DNA of 64,000 bases from the human T2T-CHM13v2.0 reference genome, Homo sapiens: NCBI RefSeq assembly GCF_009914755.1, contig NC_060940.1. One strand, 5' to 3'. The notes beneath the pieces were generated by a model, which saw nothing but the letters and a program-made list of their open reading frames with translations, was not told where the DNA came from and did no database searches. The translations under genes and the position numbers were made by a program. Positions 34,924 to 50,300 of this stretch are shown piece after piece (within the stretch, counting starts at the first letter, position 1; each line of letters opens with the position of its first letter).

Positions 34924-35820
34924 CTGAAGCAGGAGAGGAGAGAGCGGATCATGTCAGTGCCCACAGCCAGCCCACCCCTGGGTTCATCCCTAGCCCTGCT
35001 TCCCCTCTTGTCCACCTGCCAGGTGGACAGCCCAGACCCTGGAGTGAGAAAGACCAGGCCTGGACTCCCCAGCACCCTCTCACCAGCTGAGGCCTTGGGG
35101 AAGCCTCTTAGGCTCTCTGAGCCTCAGTCTCCTCGGTAATAAACATGGGGGGCTAAAAGGGAAGGCTCGGGGCTGGGTGCAGAATCATGCAGCACTCGCC
35201 ACTTTCCTGGCAGATGCTGAGCAGGCATGGAGGAGGTGCCCCAGGAGGGACTGCTACTGCCATAGTGATGTGACTTGGAACCCCCCTGACTAAGCCTTGT
35301 TGGAGACAGCCAAGCCAGGCCCCCAGAGGAGGAGGCCCAAATTCCAGGTGCCTTCCTCCCTGCAGTGGGGAAAGCTGTTCCCGGGAGAGCAGAGCCTGGT
35401 CAGCGAGAGGATGTGTCCTCAGCAAGAGGCCATGCACTAGCGCCCCCTCCCACGGCCAGAGCAGGCCCAGGCCCACTGCCCTCTTGGCAGAGACCCCAGG
35501 CCCGGGATGCCCACATGACTTTGTGTGGGTGTCTCAAGGCACTTCTGTGCAGGCTCCTGGCCAAAGAAGTAAACAGGGAGGAATCCCTACCTAGGCCCCT
35601 GGAGTGTAGCTACGGCTGACCGCAATGGGCGCCATTAAAAAAAATTCTTCGGCTGGGCGCAGTGGCTCACACCTGTAATCCCAGCACTTTGGGAGGCTGA
35701 GGTGGGAGGATCATGAGGTCAGGAGATCAAGACCATCCTGGCTAACACAGTGAAACCCCGTCTCTATTAAAAAAAAATTAGCCAGGCATGGTGGCATGTG
35801 CCTATAGTCTCAGCTACTCA

Positions 35821-36009
<189 letters not shown>

Positions 36010-36462
36010 TCAGCCTCCTCACAAGGTCAATGTGTTCATCCTCCTGCAGTCAGGCCAGCCCAGTGCAGTTCTGGTGTGGGGACACTCATGCCCTAACACA
36101 CTCCATAGGAGGCCCCTGCCTTCCTCGCCTGCTGAGAAAAGCTGAGACTGGCCTGGAGCTGACCACTCCACATCAGAGCCTGCTCATGGCGATCCTAACA
36201 CAGTCACAATAATCCCTGTCATCATTAGGGTCAGGATGGTGACTGCTGGTCCCCGCACCCGAGGACGCCAGGTCCTCCATGAGCCCTGCCCTTGCACCCT
36301 TGTCACCCCGAAACCTAGGGGGACACAATCACGAGGTGCACTCCTGTCAGCCCCCCTTTCTAGCAGAGGGAAGTGAGGCTCAGAGCGGACATCCCAGGTC
36401 CACAGCCGGTGAGAGGCCACCCCGCCCGCCCTCTGTGGCCGCCGGGCTGGCCGGGCCCTCAC

Positions 36463-36776
36463 CTCGCCCTCGGCCCTGCTGTTCTCCCAGATCGCTCTGA
36501 TCCCCCCAGCATGTCATCCCGGTCCTCAGCCTGAAAGAGATATTCACAGAAGTCAGCGGTGGTCAGCCGGAACACGTGCCTCCTCTTGGTCTCGCTGTAG
36601 ATGTCCACGAGGCAGGAGCCGATGCAGACGGGCGCCGCCTTGTCCTCACCTGCGCCGGCCCCCACAGCCCCCGCCGCCGCCGGCCCGGGCTCCCGCTGCT
36701 CCTTGCTCAGCGAGAGCGAGCGCGCCAGCAGCGCGGCGTACACCCGCTTCCACTGGCGCAGGCCGCTGCCCGCTTT
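36463..36776 (-). pseudogene. ARHGAP23-like PH-domain exon (314 nt) with a -1 frameshift near its end
   Basis: [16 protein letters not shown]...[23 protein letters not shown], then the frame shifts (ATGCTGGGGGGATCAGAGCG); the expected [13 protein letters not shown] lies in the other frame; CpG-rich. Confidence 0.9.
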
Positions 36777-37899
36777 CTGCAGGGAGACACGGGGTTGGGG
36801 GAAACAGGAGTGGTGAGAGGTCAGTTCTGCCCACTGCTCTCACAGTAGCAGACAGAGGACAGCCGGGGGATGGACCCCACGCTGCCTACCAGGAGCCGCC
36901 TGCTCCACCCGGCTAGACCTGGGCAGCCTCCTGCCCACAGCCCACCAATGCTTTCTCAGTCCCTCGCCTGCCTAGACACCCCTACCCATCACCCTAAAGC
37001 CCGCCAGCAGACCCCAACCCTCTCCCCCTCTAAACACCAGCATCAACACTCACCGAGCGGTGGCAATGCTCAGACACCCAGCATGGCCCTCCGTACATGA
37101 AATCCTCGGGAAGCCATTCCCAGCCCACGCCCCTCCCCAGGCTGCCCCTCACCCCAGCAAACCTGCTCAGAAGCTGTCCGCACTCTTAGAGGGTCGTTCT
37201 CCCCACTTTCCTGCCGCCCACCCAAGACTCCACTTGCCCAGAAGCTCCTCTCAGGGACACCCAGAACCGCCATGTGGCCAAAGCCAATGGCTGCTTCTCC
37301 CCAACTTGCCTTAACCCCTTGGCGGCATCTGACACAGCCAGCCCCTCCTTCCCTCTCCAGACCCCATCTCGGCACCTGAGACCCCACGTTCCCGGCTTTC
37401 TTCCTAATGCCACTGGCTCCTTCCTAGTCTTCTCTGCTTCCCCTCCCCCACCCTCTACACCTGTAGTTAAACAGCCAGGAGACTCGTCACCACGGGACAT
37501 TTGTGTGGAGGGAGCTGGAGGGTGTGCTATGGCATCTGAGGGATGCGGCTAAACATTGCGCAATGCACAGGACAGCCTCCCCCAACAAGGAATTATCTGG
37601 CTCAAAATGTCAGCAGAGCAGAGGGTAACAGACCCCGCCCTAAAGGAGGCGGAGCTCCAGAACTTCGCCCTGACTCTCCCCTCCTCTCCTCTCCCTGCAC
37701 ACCTCCCTCAAGGATGTCACCTGTGCCATGCCTTTAAACCAGGTCCACCTGCTGATGGCCATTCCCGAGCCCAGCATCTCCCCCAGCCACAGCCCGGCAC
37801 CCCCACCCTGCTCAGTGTCTTCATTTGCAGGTCCCATGGGCACTTTGCACAATACTTGCCAGGCCATGTGATTTCTTACCATCAAACCTCTTCTCCACT

Positions 37900-38670
37900 C
37901 TCTACCCCCATCTTTTCCAGCTCAGTCAATCCATCCAGTTGTCCAGAAACCTGGGAGCTGCCCTTGACTCCTCCCTTTTCCTCGCCCTTGACATCCCATC
38001 CATCAGGAAGTCACAACTGTTCTGCCTCCAAAACATCCCCTGTCTCTGTCTTTCCTGCCAGAGGAAAGACATCTTTCCATGCCATCAACGCCTCTTGCTT
38101 GGAGGATGCACAGACCTTCCCAGTCTCTACTCTTGCTCCTGCATCCATTCTCCAGCAGCAGCTGCAGCGATCATGTTAGAATGAAAAGGAGATCACATCT
38201 CTCCCATGCTCAGCATCCTCTCAAGAGATCCCATCGCCCTCAGAATCAAATCTAAAGTCTCCTGTGGTCTGTACCTGCCTTTCTCCAAATTCATCTTCAC
38301 ACCTTTCTCACTATGTCAAGCCAGGGGGCCCTTGCAGGTGAGCGAGCCAAGCCTTTCTTTTCTCAGGGCCTCTCCGCTTGCTGTTCCTTCTGCCTAAGCC
38401 CCCCTCCCTCACTTCTATATGTGGCTGCTTCCTTCTTCCCCTTCAGATCTGAACTCCAGCATCACCAATGTCACCTCCTCAGCGAGGCCTTCTCTGGCCA
38501 TATTTTTCCCTCAATGCAGCTCCCGCTTCTGATCAGCTTGATCCTTTCCAAGAACTTACTGCAGCCTCAGGCTGTCCTGGGGACAGGGAGCTTGTCCGTC
38601 CTCTCATTTCCATATCCCAGGGCCTACAGCAGCATGCAAGCGCTCATCAATATTTGCTGAATAAATGAAT
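37900..38670 (+). mobile_element. L2 remnant ending at the L2 3' terminus
   Basis: Pyrimidine-rich body ending caatatttgctgaataaatgaat; boundaries approximate. Confidence 0.6.
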
Positions 38671-40127
38671 TAATGATCCTTGGAGCACCCTGAGGGCAGG
38701 AGCTCCATCTCCCATCAGACCAAGAGCTCCTCTCTGCTGGCTGGTGGCTCCACATCCAGCACAGGCCTCAGCTCTCAGAACAAACCAGACAAAGAGGTCC
38801 CGTGGCTGGCAGATGGGCACAGCCCACATCTGGCCTCCCATCATGTGGATCCTGAGCTGTGAGCCCTGCTCATCACAGAACTGCTGGAGGGGGACAGGGA
38901 CATTCAGAGTAGGAGACAGCAGAGCCCTCCAGGGAGAATTTTAATGTGACAGTGAGGTGGTGACAAGGGCACCTCTCTGAGGCTAAACCAGCGGCATGAC
39001 CTAGGACAAGTCAACCGCACTCCCAGGCCTCAGTGTCTCCGGCTGGTAAATGAGTGAGGGAGTTGGTCACCAAGGCTGCATGCAGCTCCCATGCTGGGGC
39101 TGAGGCTGAGGGGACAAGTCACTGTCCCTTTCCCTCCTCTGCCTGACAGTCCATGTCTCTGAAAGAGGCTGGGGCTGGGAGGGAGCACAGAGAGGGTGCC
39201 CACGGCCTGGGTGGACCAAGGGCCTGAGGCTGACTTGAAGACTCTCCTCTAACGTCCAGGCCACAGCACCAAAGGAACAAGTGACATCGGGTTTTGGCCA
39301 GCAAGGGAGTGGAGGCCTGGTCCTCCAGAACTGGCCAGTGAGCAGGAAGGGGACAGCTCCTGTCCCTGAACTGGGCTCAGGGCCCCCAGGAGCTGAGGGT
39401 CAGGCTCCCCAGCAGGGGGAGCCAGCCACCCTCACAAGGACCCTTCATGTGGCTCACACGTTAGACTGGAAGGGCTGGCCCACTTGCGGCTCTCCTCGCA
39501 CAGTGCACGTGGCTGGTCCCTCCTTGCCTCATGGCTCCCACCCCACGGGTCGCTGCCAACTTGCTGGCTCTTTTTGGTCTCTGTTGGCCTCCCCGGCCCC
39601 CCCACTTCTCTCAAGGCTCAGCCAGGTCTCTTGCCTTCTTCCTTCAAGCCCCTGCACAGAGGCATATGTAACTCGTGGGTGCTGACAGACAAAGGCCGTC
39701 CCCAGGTGGGCCTCCCTCTAGTAATACGCCCTCAGAGCCTCTGTCCCCAGGACATCTCCACTGGGGTCTGTCCCAGGGCCCTCAGACTCACATAGCCCAA
39801 GTGGAGCCACTTGGCTTCCTCTCCCCAAACCTGCTCCTCCAGTGTGCCATGGCCCAGGGAGGGTCCCACCACCCACCACCCTCCCTCAGCCCAAGCCAGG
39901 AATCCAGGAACCTTATCGCCTCCTCCTCCTTCCATACCTCCCAGCAGCCGGCAAGCCCTGGCCGTCCTTCCCATGGAATCTCTCTCTAAAGTGTCCGCTC
40001 CACCCAGCCCCACACCACTGCCTTGGGTCGGGGCCCCCACCCTCACTCACCTGGACAAGAGCAATGGGATTGGCTCCTCCTGTCACAGACATAACCCCAG
40101 TCTCCTGCCAGCCCCAGCCCACATTTA

Positions 40128-40667
<540 letters not shown>

Positions 40668-41141
40668 CTAAGGAGACATCCTCCCTGTCAGGCCCCTCCA
40701 CTGTCTCCCAGTTTTGTGGCTTCTCATCCTTTCGTGTCTCAGCCTCTGGATACCTCCCTACCCACGCCCACCTGCCCCTGCACCCGGGCGTCACGGCAGT
40801 CTGTGCACTTGGAACCATGATGCCACATGCGTTCTCTCTGCTCAACAGGAGCAACAGGAGCCCCAGGAGGGCAGGGCTGCCCTGGCTCCCTCACCACTAA
40901 CTCCCCAGAACCTCCACAGAGGCTCCCGAGCAGGGAGGCCTTAGTCATTCTCCACGGAGGCGCATCAGTCCCGCCTCAACTTCACCCTCACTTAATCCAC
41001 AGCAGCCCTTGGGGTAGGATAACATTGTTCCCATCGTACAGATCAGAAAGTGAGGCTCGGGGAAGGTAAGTGGGGTGCCCAAAGCCATGTGCTTGATATG
41101 TGGCTGGATAGGAACTCGAAGTCTGTCTGCTTCAAAGCTTA

Positions 41142-41537
<396 letters not shown>

Positions 41538-42440
41538 TCAAGTGCTGGGCACTGGGTAAACCCTTTACTTAGATCATCTCATTTAATCCTTAGCAATAGG
41601 CTTATGAGCTAGGGATTACTGTTAGCTCCATTTACAGACGAGGACACTGAGTCATGGCCAGGTGAGTCACCCAGGCTCTCAGAGCAATGGGTGATGTAGT
41701 CAAGAGTCAAACCCGGGTTCATCCTAATTGCCGGGAGGGAAGGCAGTGGTCTCTCCTCCCACTTCTCCAGCCCACAGCGCAGCCTGGGGCCAGGATTTGC
41801 ACCCCATGGATCCAGGGGCTCTGCCCTTCTCCTCTCAGAGTCCTGCTGGTTCCCTCCCAGGCCCTCCCCAAGTACTACCCGAAGCCCCCTTTGCCTCTCA
41901 CCTGGATCTCCATGGTGGCTCTAACTGGTCTTCTTGCCTCCAGCGTGGCCCCTCCCTAACTCACTCCCAGGGAGCCAAATGAATATTTTAAAGCTGTAAC
42001 TCCCTTGGCAAGAGCCCCCGAGAGCTTTTGGTTGCCCTTAGGATGAACACTAAGCCCTTTGCTGGCTTGCCTGCATCTTCTTGGGCCTTAACTCTCCTAC
42101 GGAAATCACCCCGGCCTTGTTCCTTGTTTTCCATGAGCCCCAGCGGCCATCTTCAGGATGGCCTGTCAAGCCAGGGCCACTGTGGGATGGTTTTGCCAGA
42201 ATTCCAAGCACGACTCGATCAGATCCATCCCACAGCAAAATCCACCTCTCTTGTTAACTTCTTTTACATAAGTTCTTTAAATCCCCCTGCCAGGAAGTTC
42301 TTCCTAGCATCTATCCTCCATCCTTCATGCAACAACCTACACTGGTTCTCTCTGGCTCCAGAGGCTGTCAGGGTAGGCCTAGGAGAGGCTGGAGGGTTCT
42401 GCTGGAGCCAGCTTCCACCTCATTCCTCCACCCATCTTAC

Positions 42441-42584
42441 CTTCCCCTTCTTGGTGAGAATCTGCTTATAATACAACCAGCCTTCTCTCCTGATATTGCT
42501 GAAGGTCGCATCTGAGAGGTCAGAGGTTGAGTGTCGCTTAGAAGGAGCGTCAGCGTCTTCAGAGGTGCCCCAGCTATCCAAGGA
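42441..42584 (-). pseudogene. ARHGAP23-like exon (144 nt; [10 protein letters not shown]...[16 protein letters not shown]), start of PH domain
   Basis: ctgcag| ... AAG|gtaag; within ORF 42420..42650. Confidence 0.92.
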
Positions 42585-43089
42585 CTGCAGGGAGACAACA
42601 GAGGACAATTTAGGGTGGCTCCCACAATGCCAGCATCTCAGGAACCCCATGGACCACTTGTGGCCGCACAGTCCTGATATATGTCTGTGCTACACCCCGA
42701 TGTGCCATGCGACCTCATGGGCATTGCTTGTCCTCTCTGGACCACTTGTGTTGAGGTCATGAGACCTACATAAAGGAGAAGCCAGAAAGGAGGAAAGGCT
42801 ATGACCTGTCAGCAGACCACACGCCTCACCACGCTAGAGGAGCCAATTCGGAGCCTCCCGTAACTATATAGACTTAGAAGAATTAAGGAAATGGAGGAAG
42901 TGATCGTGTCAACGAGGAGTTAAATAAACAGGGGAAGTGGGAACATCAACAAAGGCTGAGGGAGTGGAGCAGGTAGTCATGTCCACGAGGCGTTAAACAG
43001 AGGAAGTGACAGTGTCAACAGGACTCCACCCAGAGGGCGCAAGTCAAGGGAGAGTTAAGTAAGCAGAAGAAGTGATAAGAAATAAGCTA

Positions 43090-43254
<165 letters not shown>

Positions 43255-43281
43255 TCACTTGAGGTCAGGAGTTCAAGATCA

Positions 43282-43596
<315 letters not shown>

Positions 43597-43685
43597 TCAC
43601 TTGAGGCCAGGTGCGGTGGCTCAGGCCTGTAATCCCAGCACTTTGGGAGGCCGAGGTGGGTGGATCACCTGAGGTCAGGAGTTCA

Positions 43686-43907
<222 letters not shown>

Positions 43908-44532
43908 CTATCACAGGCCTGATCCTGCCTCCCCAGGTCCTGAGGCTGGGAACTCCACCTGTCCACCAATCTCAACCCTGTGTCCAGGCCACACCTTTCC
44001 AGTGTCCACCCCGACCCCATCCCATGAAGACAAGATGCGATGCAAATACTGACTCAGGGTAGTGAAGGAAACATATGAAGCCCCAAATATAAGCTCGGGG
44101 AGCTTCTATTCTAGCTGGGGAGCCAGGCAGGGAGGAAGGGAAACACCAATTGTGCATGAGGCGTGCTGAGGAGGAAAACAGAGTAGCGAAGGGAGGCATG
44201 AAATGTCAGGAGTGGAGACTGGAATTTCAGGGAAGACCTAAAAGGCTGCGAAGACAGTGGAGAAGTGAGTCGTGTGGCTATGGGGGATGGGTCTGGAAAG
44301 AGGCAGTCCAGACAGGGGCCCCTGGGTGGGGCTGCATGGTGTCATTCAGGGATGTCGGGGCCCACAGCAGAGGGCCGGTCCCGCGGTGGACACAAGGGTG
44401 AGGGGTGCAGGGAGGAGGGGGAAGGCGGGAGCTGGAGCAGGAACCCCCATGCCGAGGCTGTGGCCCCACCTCCCTGACACCCTCTCTCCCCACACCCTCA
44501 CTCCTGCGCACGCACACACACTTGCAGCCCAC

Positions 44533-44590
44533 CCTGTCTGTGAAGAAGCTCCGGAGCAACGGCAGGCTGGGTATGCGGTTTGGCAGGTGC
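44533..44590 (-). pseudogene. ARHGAP23-like exon (58 nt; HLPNRIPSLPLLRSFFTDR)
   Basis: ttcccag| ... AGG|gtggg. Confidence 0.9.
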
Positions 44591-44801
44591 CTGGGAAGCA
44601 AGGGTGGAGGGTGAGGGATGTGGGCAGCAAAGCTGGGACCTCACTATCTCGTCACCCACCAAACCCCAAGCCCAGAAGCCTTCCAGCGGGGGAGACACAC
44701 TGTCCCATGCATAGAGGACCCCCAGGGCCAAAAGCCCTGCCCCAGAGCAGCTGGCCAGGGTGGCTGTGGCCACCCCACCCCATGTCCAGACAGGGCCTCA
44801 C

Positions 44802-44913
44802 CGCAGAACCTGGCCCTCGTCACGGAAGGTGTTGAGTCCATCATCGCAGGACTTGGAGCGCTCCGTGCTGATGGCCAGCAGGTAGGAGGAGCGGCGGCCA
44901 GCCTTGATGCTGC
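44802..44913 (-). pseudogene. ARHGAP23-like exon (112 nt; [38 protein letters not shown])
   Basis: tttgcag| ... CTGCG|gtgag; hand-translated. Confidence 0.9.
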
Positions 44914-45137
44914 CTGCAAAGCCGCCCACATCGGGCCTCAGGGTCAGCGGGGCAGCAGGTCAGGGGCTTCCCAGAGCCCTCCCTTCTAGGCAGGGGCAGG
45001 AGGTGACTCTCCCAAGGTGCCCCAGGAGAAGCAGAAACCAGAGGAAGAGGCCAGACATCCAGCAGCAGACCTAACAGAGACCCCTGGGACTGGGCAGCGA
45101 GGGAAAGGGTGGGGCTGGGGGTGTGGGGAGCGCTCAC

Positions 45138-45293
45138 TGCAGTCCCGCGAGTAATGCCATCCGAGGGTGAAGGTGAAGGTCGGGGAAGATGGGCTGGTGC
45201 CCAGGACAGCGGCTGAGTTCATGGCACTGGAGACCACAGCAAAGGCAGGGACATGCTTGGCTTGGAGGTCAGTGCTGGGGCTGGTGGGCTCAT
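45138..45293 (-). pseudogene. ARHGAP23-like exon (156 nt; [16 protein letters not shown]...HYSRDC)
   Basis: tgcatag|ATGAGCCC ... TGCA|gtgag; phase 1-1. Confidence 0.9.
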
Positions 45294-45504
45294 CTATGCA
45301 TGTGGAAGGAGAAAGGTGTGAAGGCGGCAGACAGCGGAACCTGCTTGCCTCCACCCTAGCCTTGCCAGCCCCCGTGCCACTCACCTCCAGGCTCAGACAC
45401 ATCCCAAAGGGTCCTGCTGGCAACATGCCCACTGTCAAGCGTGACTGGCCCACTGTCCAGACTGTGGCCATGGAATCCTTACCCTCAGGAGTGGGACTGA
45501 GACA

Positions 45505-45792
45505 CCCTCCTTAGACCGGACTCCTGAGGACAGAGCCAATATTCCCCCATCAGACTGGGAGCCTCCTGAGGGCAGGGACAGTGTCTCCCCCATCAGACTG
45601 AGGGCACTCAGAGAGAATGAATTATGTCTCCCCTCTCAGACCAAGAGCCTCCTGAGGGCAGGGACAGCGTCTTCCCCATCAGACTGAGAGCTTCCTAAGG
45701 GCAAAAGCTCCCCCATCAGCTGGGGCTCCTCAAGGGCAGAGATGACATCTCCCCCTCAAACAGAGTGTGCTCTGGAAGAAGAAACTGCCTCT
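45505..45792 (+). repeat. Degenerate 43-bp tandem array (~7 units) resembling the L2 3'-end motif
   Basis: Units start at 45544, 45587, 45630, 45673: cccccatcagactgggagcctcctgagggcagggacagtgtct. Confidence 0.75.
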
Positions 45793-46646
45793 CCCGGCCA
45801 CAGCCTAGAGCCTTTCATCAGGGCTCAGTGGTGTGGATGGGGCCCTTGAGACAATCCAGTGAGATCTGGAAGTGAAGAAAAAGATTATAATCTGGGATAA
45901 ATATAAAAAATTACAATAAAAAATTTATTGCAAATTTACAAATTATGGTTGTTTATATGTACATGGTAAAGGGCAATGTTATGGTTTGTGAATACAATAT
46001 GAAATAACTAAGATAATTAAGAAATAACTGATGTAATTATCATTCATTGTTTCAAATTTTTATCTTTTATTGTGACAACATTTAACATTTACTCTTAGCT
46101 CTTTAAAATGACCAATGTACTATTTTAAATGAACCAATAGAAACCAATTTATGTAAACAATTGAAAATCTGGGAAATCAATTATGAATTACTGTAATAAT
46201 TTAATAATTAAAAGTTAATAATGTAGTTAATTAAGTTTGATTTTTTTCAAACTTTTTTTATCATTTCATTGTAATGTTTAATACAAATGCCTACATATAT
46301 ACGCATTGTTCTGTGTATTTATACATCTTTTTATGGGTATAAATTTTTGTCCCTATAGCTATGTAGTTGCTGATGTCAACAAATGTTAATAAAACTCTGG
46401 AAGAATCAGTGCAAACAATTAGGAATGTTTATTTCTTGAAAGTATATACTTAAAAATATAATAATATGTAGAATGTTAATAATTACTAAAATTTAAATAT
46501 TAATGATAAAATTCATAATAAATATAAGTAACAAAATATCACAGCCTAGAAGACTCCAGAGTCCTGCGAAGATAAACGTGACTTTTCCAGCTGAGGAGAA
46601 AGGAAACCTCTCCCGGCACCAGCTCCTGGGACCTGTCCCGTCCTCA

Positions 46647-47194
<548 letters not shown>

Positions 47195-47320
47195 GGTGAT
47201 TCCTGTCTGTTCAGTCCTGATCACTGAATGAAAATACTTGGGAATCCCAAGGCTGGGGCTCCTCTCCCAGAGCTGCAGGGTCAGGACTGGGCTGGTTTTC
47301 ATCAGGAGACGGAGGGCCCT

Positions 47321-47328
47321 ATTTTTAT
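47321..47328 (-). promoter_or_regulatory. Mutated VH promoter octamer (ATAAAAAT instead of ATGCAAAT)
   Basis: Same position and context as the intact octamer at 58936. Confidence 0.75.
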
Positions 47329-50300
47329 GTCACCTACTATATAGCAAGCTCTGGGGTGGGACGCCTGAGCAGAGGGCAGTGCCCAGATAAGGTAATGATG
47401 CCCTGCAAGAATCTGATGACAATGATGGTGTTTGGAAAACTTGCTGTCTTATTAGGAAATTGTGCTGTGATAAACACTTTGCACTAATCACTCTCTTACA
47501 TTTTTACATATTTGTGTAAATCATATTTTTAGAGGTCAATGGTTTCTCTATTTACAGATGGTGAAGTAAACCCATACGTGGAGGGGCTTTGTATGTATCT
47601 AAGAGCTCATACCTGAGGTTAGTGAGCCCCAGTATCTGGGCCTGTGCTCCTCATCCACTGGCCCTATATTACTCCCTAACCCAACTCCAGGACAGAGCTG
47701 GGCATGCCTAGTGTGGCTTGTGAAACCCACTTTCTGTATTGAGAACATGTGTAATTTTGCTGCATTCTAGCATTCACCTAAAAATATGGTGAGAACTAGG
47801 GTTCACGAAGATAAATTATTAGGTGTTTCTGAAATTTAGTATTTTTTCTATCTTTATATCACTTACTTCTTGTGCAAGTTTTCATTTGTTTGCTGGTAAT
47901 AAATTTTATAAATTTCAGTTTACTGATAATAAACTTCACATATTTAAAGTGTACAATTGATAAACCTGATGTAACCATCCTAGTTATCAAGGTGAACCAG
48001 AAAATTCTCAAAATTTCCCTCTCATTCTTCCATATTCCTCCTCCTTTCCTCTTCCCTTCTTCTACCATTTCCCCAAATGGTAAATTCTGATCTTCTTTAT
48101 ATTGCTGTAGATTCAATTTAATTTATCAGAATTTATTAAAATGGAATAACATAGTACATATTCTTGTTTGCTTTATTTTCCTGAACATCAATACTTAGAT
48201 ATTTTACCTTGTTGTTATATTGCTTAAGTTCAGTTTTTATTTTCCAGAATTTATATAAATGAAATTATATGGTAAATCTTCTCATTTGTCTGGTTTATTT
48301 TACTCAGCAAAAATACTTAGATATTTTACCTTCTTGTTGCATGTATCAGACAATTATTTATTATAAATGTTGTGTAGTATTCCATTGAACAAATTTACCA
48401 TAATTTGATTTTCTGTTAAGCAGCTTAACAATGTTCAAATTATTTTATTACTCTGGTAGTACTAAAAATCTACTACTCAACTTGAAAATGTACATAAATG
48501 AGGAATATATTTTCTTTTTTTCTTACAACTACATCAACAATAACAGATAAACAGTCAAGATGAAATTTTGCAAATTTCTGAATGCTTAGGATAACTGAAG
48601 TTAAAAAAAAATCTTAAATTTAACAAGAAGCAAGTTCTTGTAGAGAGTAACAAAGCCAGCATATGAGATTACCTAAGGCAGAGTCTGGCGTATGAAATAT
48701 AGGCTGTTAAAGATAAAAATACAAATATATATGGGATTGCTTGAAATTGAATATGGTTAGCTTGTTGTAGTTTGAAATTCTAAGGGACCACATACTGAAG
48801 AGCTTTTCTATCCTCTTGAATCCCTTTCCCCAAAAAAGGGGCAGTCACAAAATCTTCCTTTCCCAAAGTGTCTGTCTGGGAGAGAACAAGAGCCCCCATT
48901 TTTGAAAGGCATTCAGACTCGACTCCCTTATATCCACTACAGAACTAAAAATTACTTTGCAGGGGAACCACCAAAACCAGTACCCTAGGGGCACTGGTGC
49001 AACTCCTCAGGAATTGAGATGGGAACAGAGGTCACTGCCACGAAGTTCTGTTGAGACACAACTCTCTTTCTTATGGAATCAGAGCTTTAGTCTGCAGGGC
49101 AGGGCAGCAGATCTGGGAGGTGATGACACTGATGGGGAACACTGGAGCTGTGGGAGGGAACACCTGGGGGAAACAGGGGGGCTGTACCCCAGTGGAAGGG
49201 ACAGGAACACACAGATGAGCATCTCATCTGGAGGAGGGTCAGGAACACTCAGAAGGTCACACCCAGACTTACGGGCACAATGCCTTTCTAGGAATATGGA
49301 CCGAGATGAGGTCAGAGACTCTTCCTTCAGTGTAAGGGCTTCCACTAATTTATCAATTGTCAGTTACATATAACGGAGGAATGCACCTGTGGGAGCTGAA
49401 AGAGATTCTCTGGAGGATGGAACAAGGAGAAGAGACACAGTCACGCAGCAAAGAAGAACAAGATATCACTGGAGCATCTGTAGTCTCTGGTGGACATAGA
49501 AGAACAGACTTCAATTAGTTGTTGAAACCTTTATATCAGTCTTTACTAATTTATATGCTAAAATAGTTGGCCTCATCAATGGAGTCTTATTATCCCCATC
49601 AGGGATGAGTGTCCATGTGGGCACGTGGTGCAGTTCTAGTCATGGGGGCAGGGGAGGTGGTCTGTTCAGGTGTTCCTGGTCCTTCAGAGGAGAATTGCAG
49701 AACTGTCTCTGCCCCTTTTCCAGCCAATATATAAAATATGTATGTGACCATGGGAATATTGTCACCATGTAACTGCATGATGGGAGTCACCTGAGGGGTG
49801 AAGCTGACTTTCTGGATGCATCAGTGTGGAAAATTGAGAAAAGAAACTTCTTGGGCACATGAGCTGTCAAATTATTCAATCCTGGAGCCATTCACTTCCA
49901 GAGGCTTCCTGTTTCATCAGGTTGTGATTTTCCTCATTGTGTAGTCAGCCTAGGTTGTCTTTCTTCACTCTCTGCTAAAATAGTCACACATAATATCTAG
50001 AAGCATTAAGATTAATAAGTAACTAATTTGAAAATTAGAACAAGTCCCAAGTGAAGTCAAAGTTACTGTGTGGTTGACAGGAAACATGGCTGGATACTAA
50101 GAGTGTGTTCACATCTGTTTTATGTAGATTAGCAACATATTTTGTATATCCCTTAAGTAATACTTTCATTGAGACTCCTGATTTAACACTATTTCCTGAT
50201 GAATAACACCTAAATCATAAAGGTGGAGGTTATTACCTAATAATTCATATTACTGGTACAAACTTTCACCTAGGGTATATTCCTATACCTGATGTAAAAT

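Noticed and set aside
45505-45792. CRISPR-like look of the 43-bp array (also the 21-bp VNTR)
   Set aside because: Whole units are degenerate copies, with no invariant repeat and unique spacer; no cas genes; primate DNA
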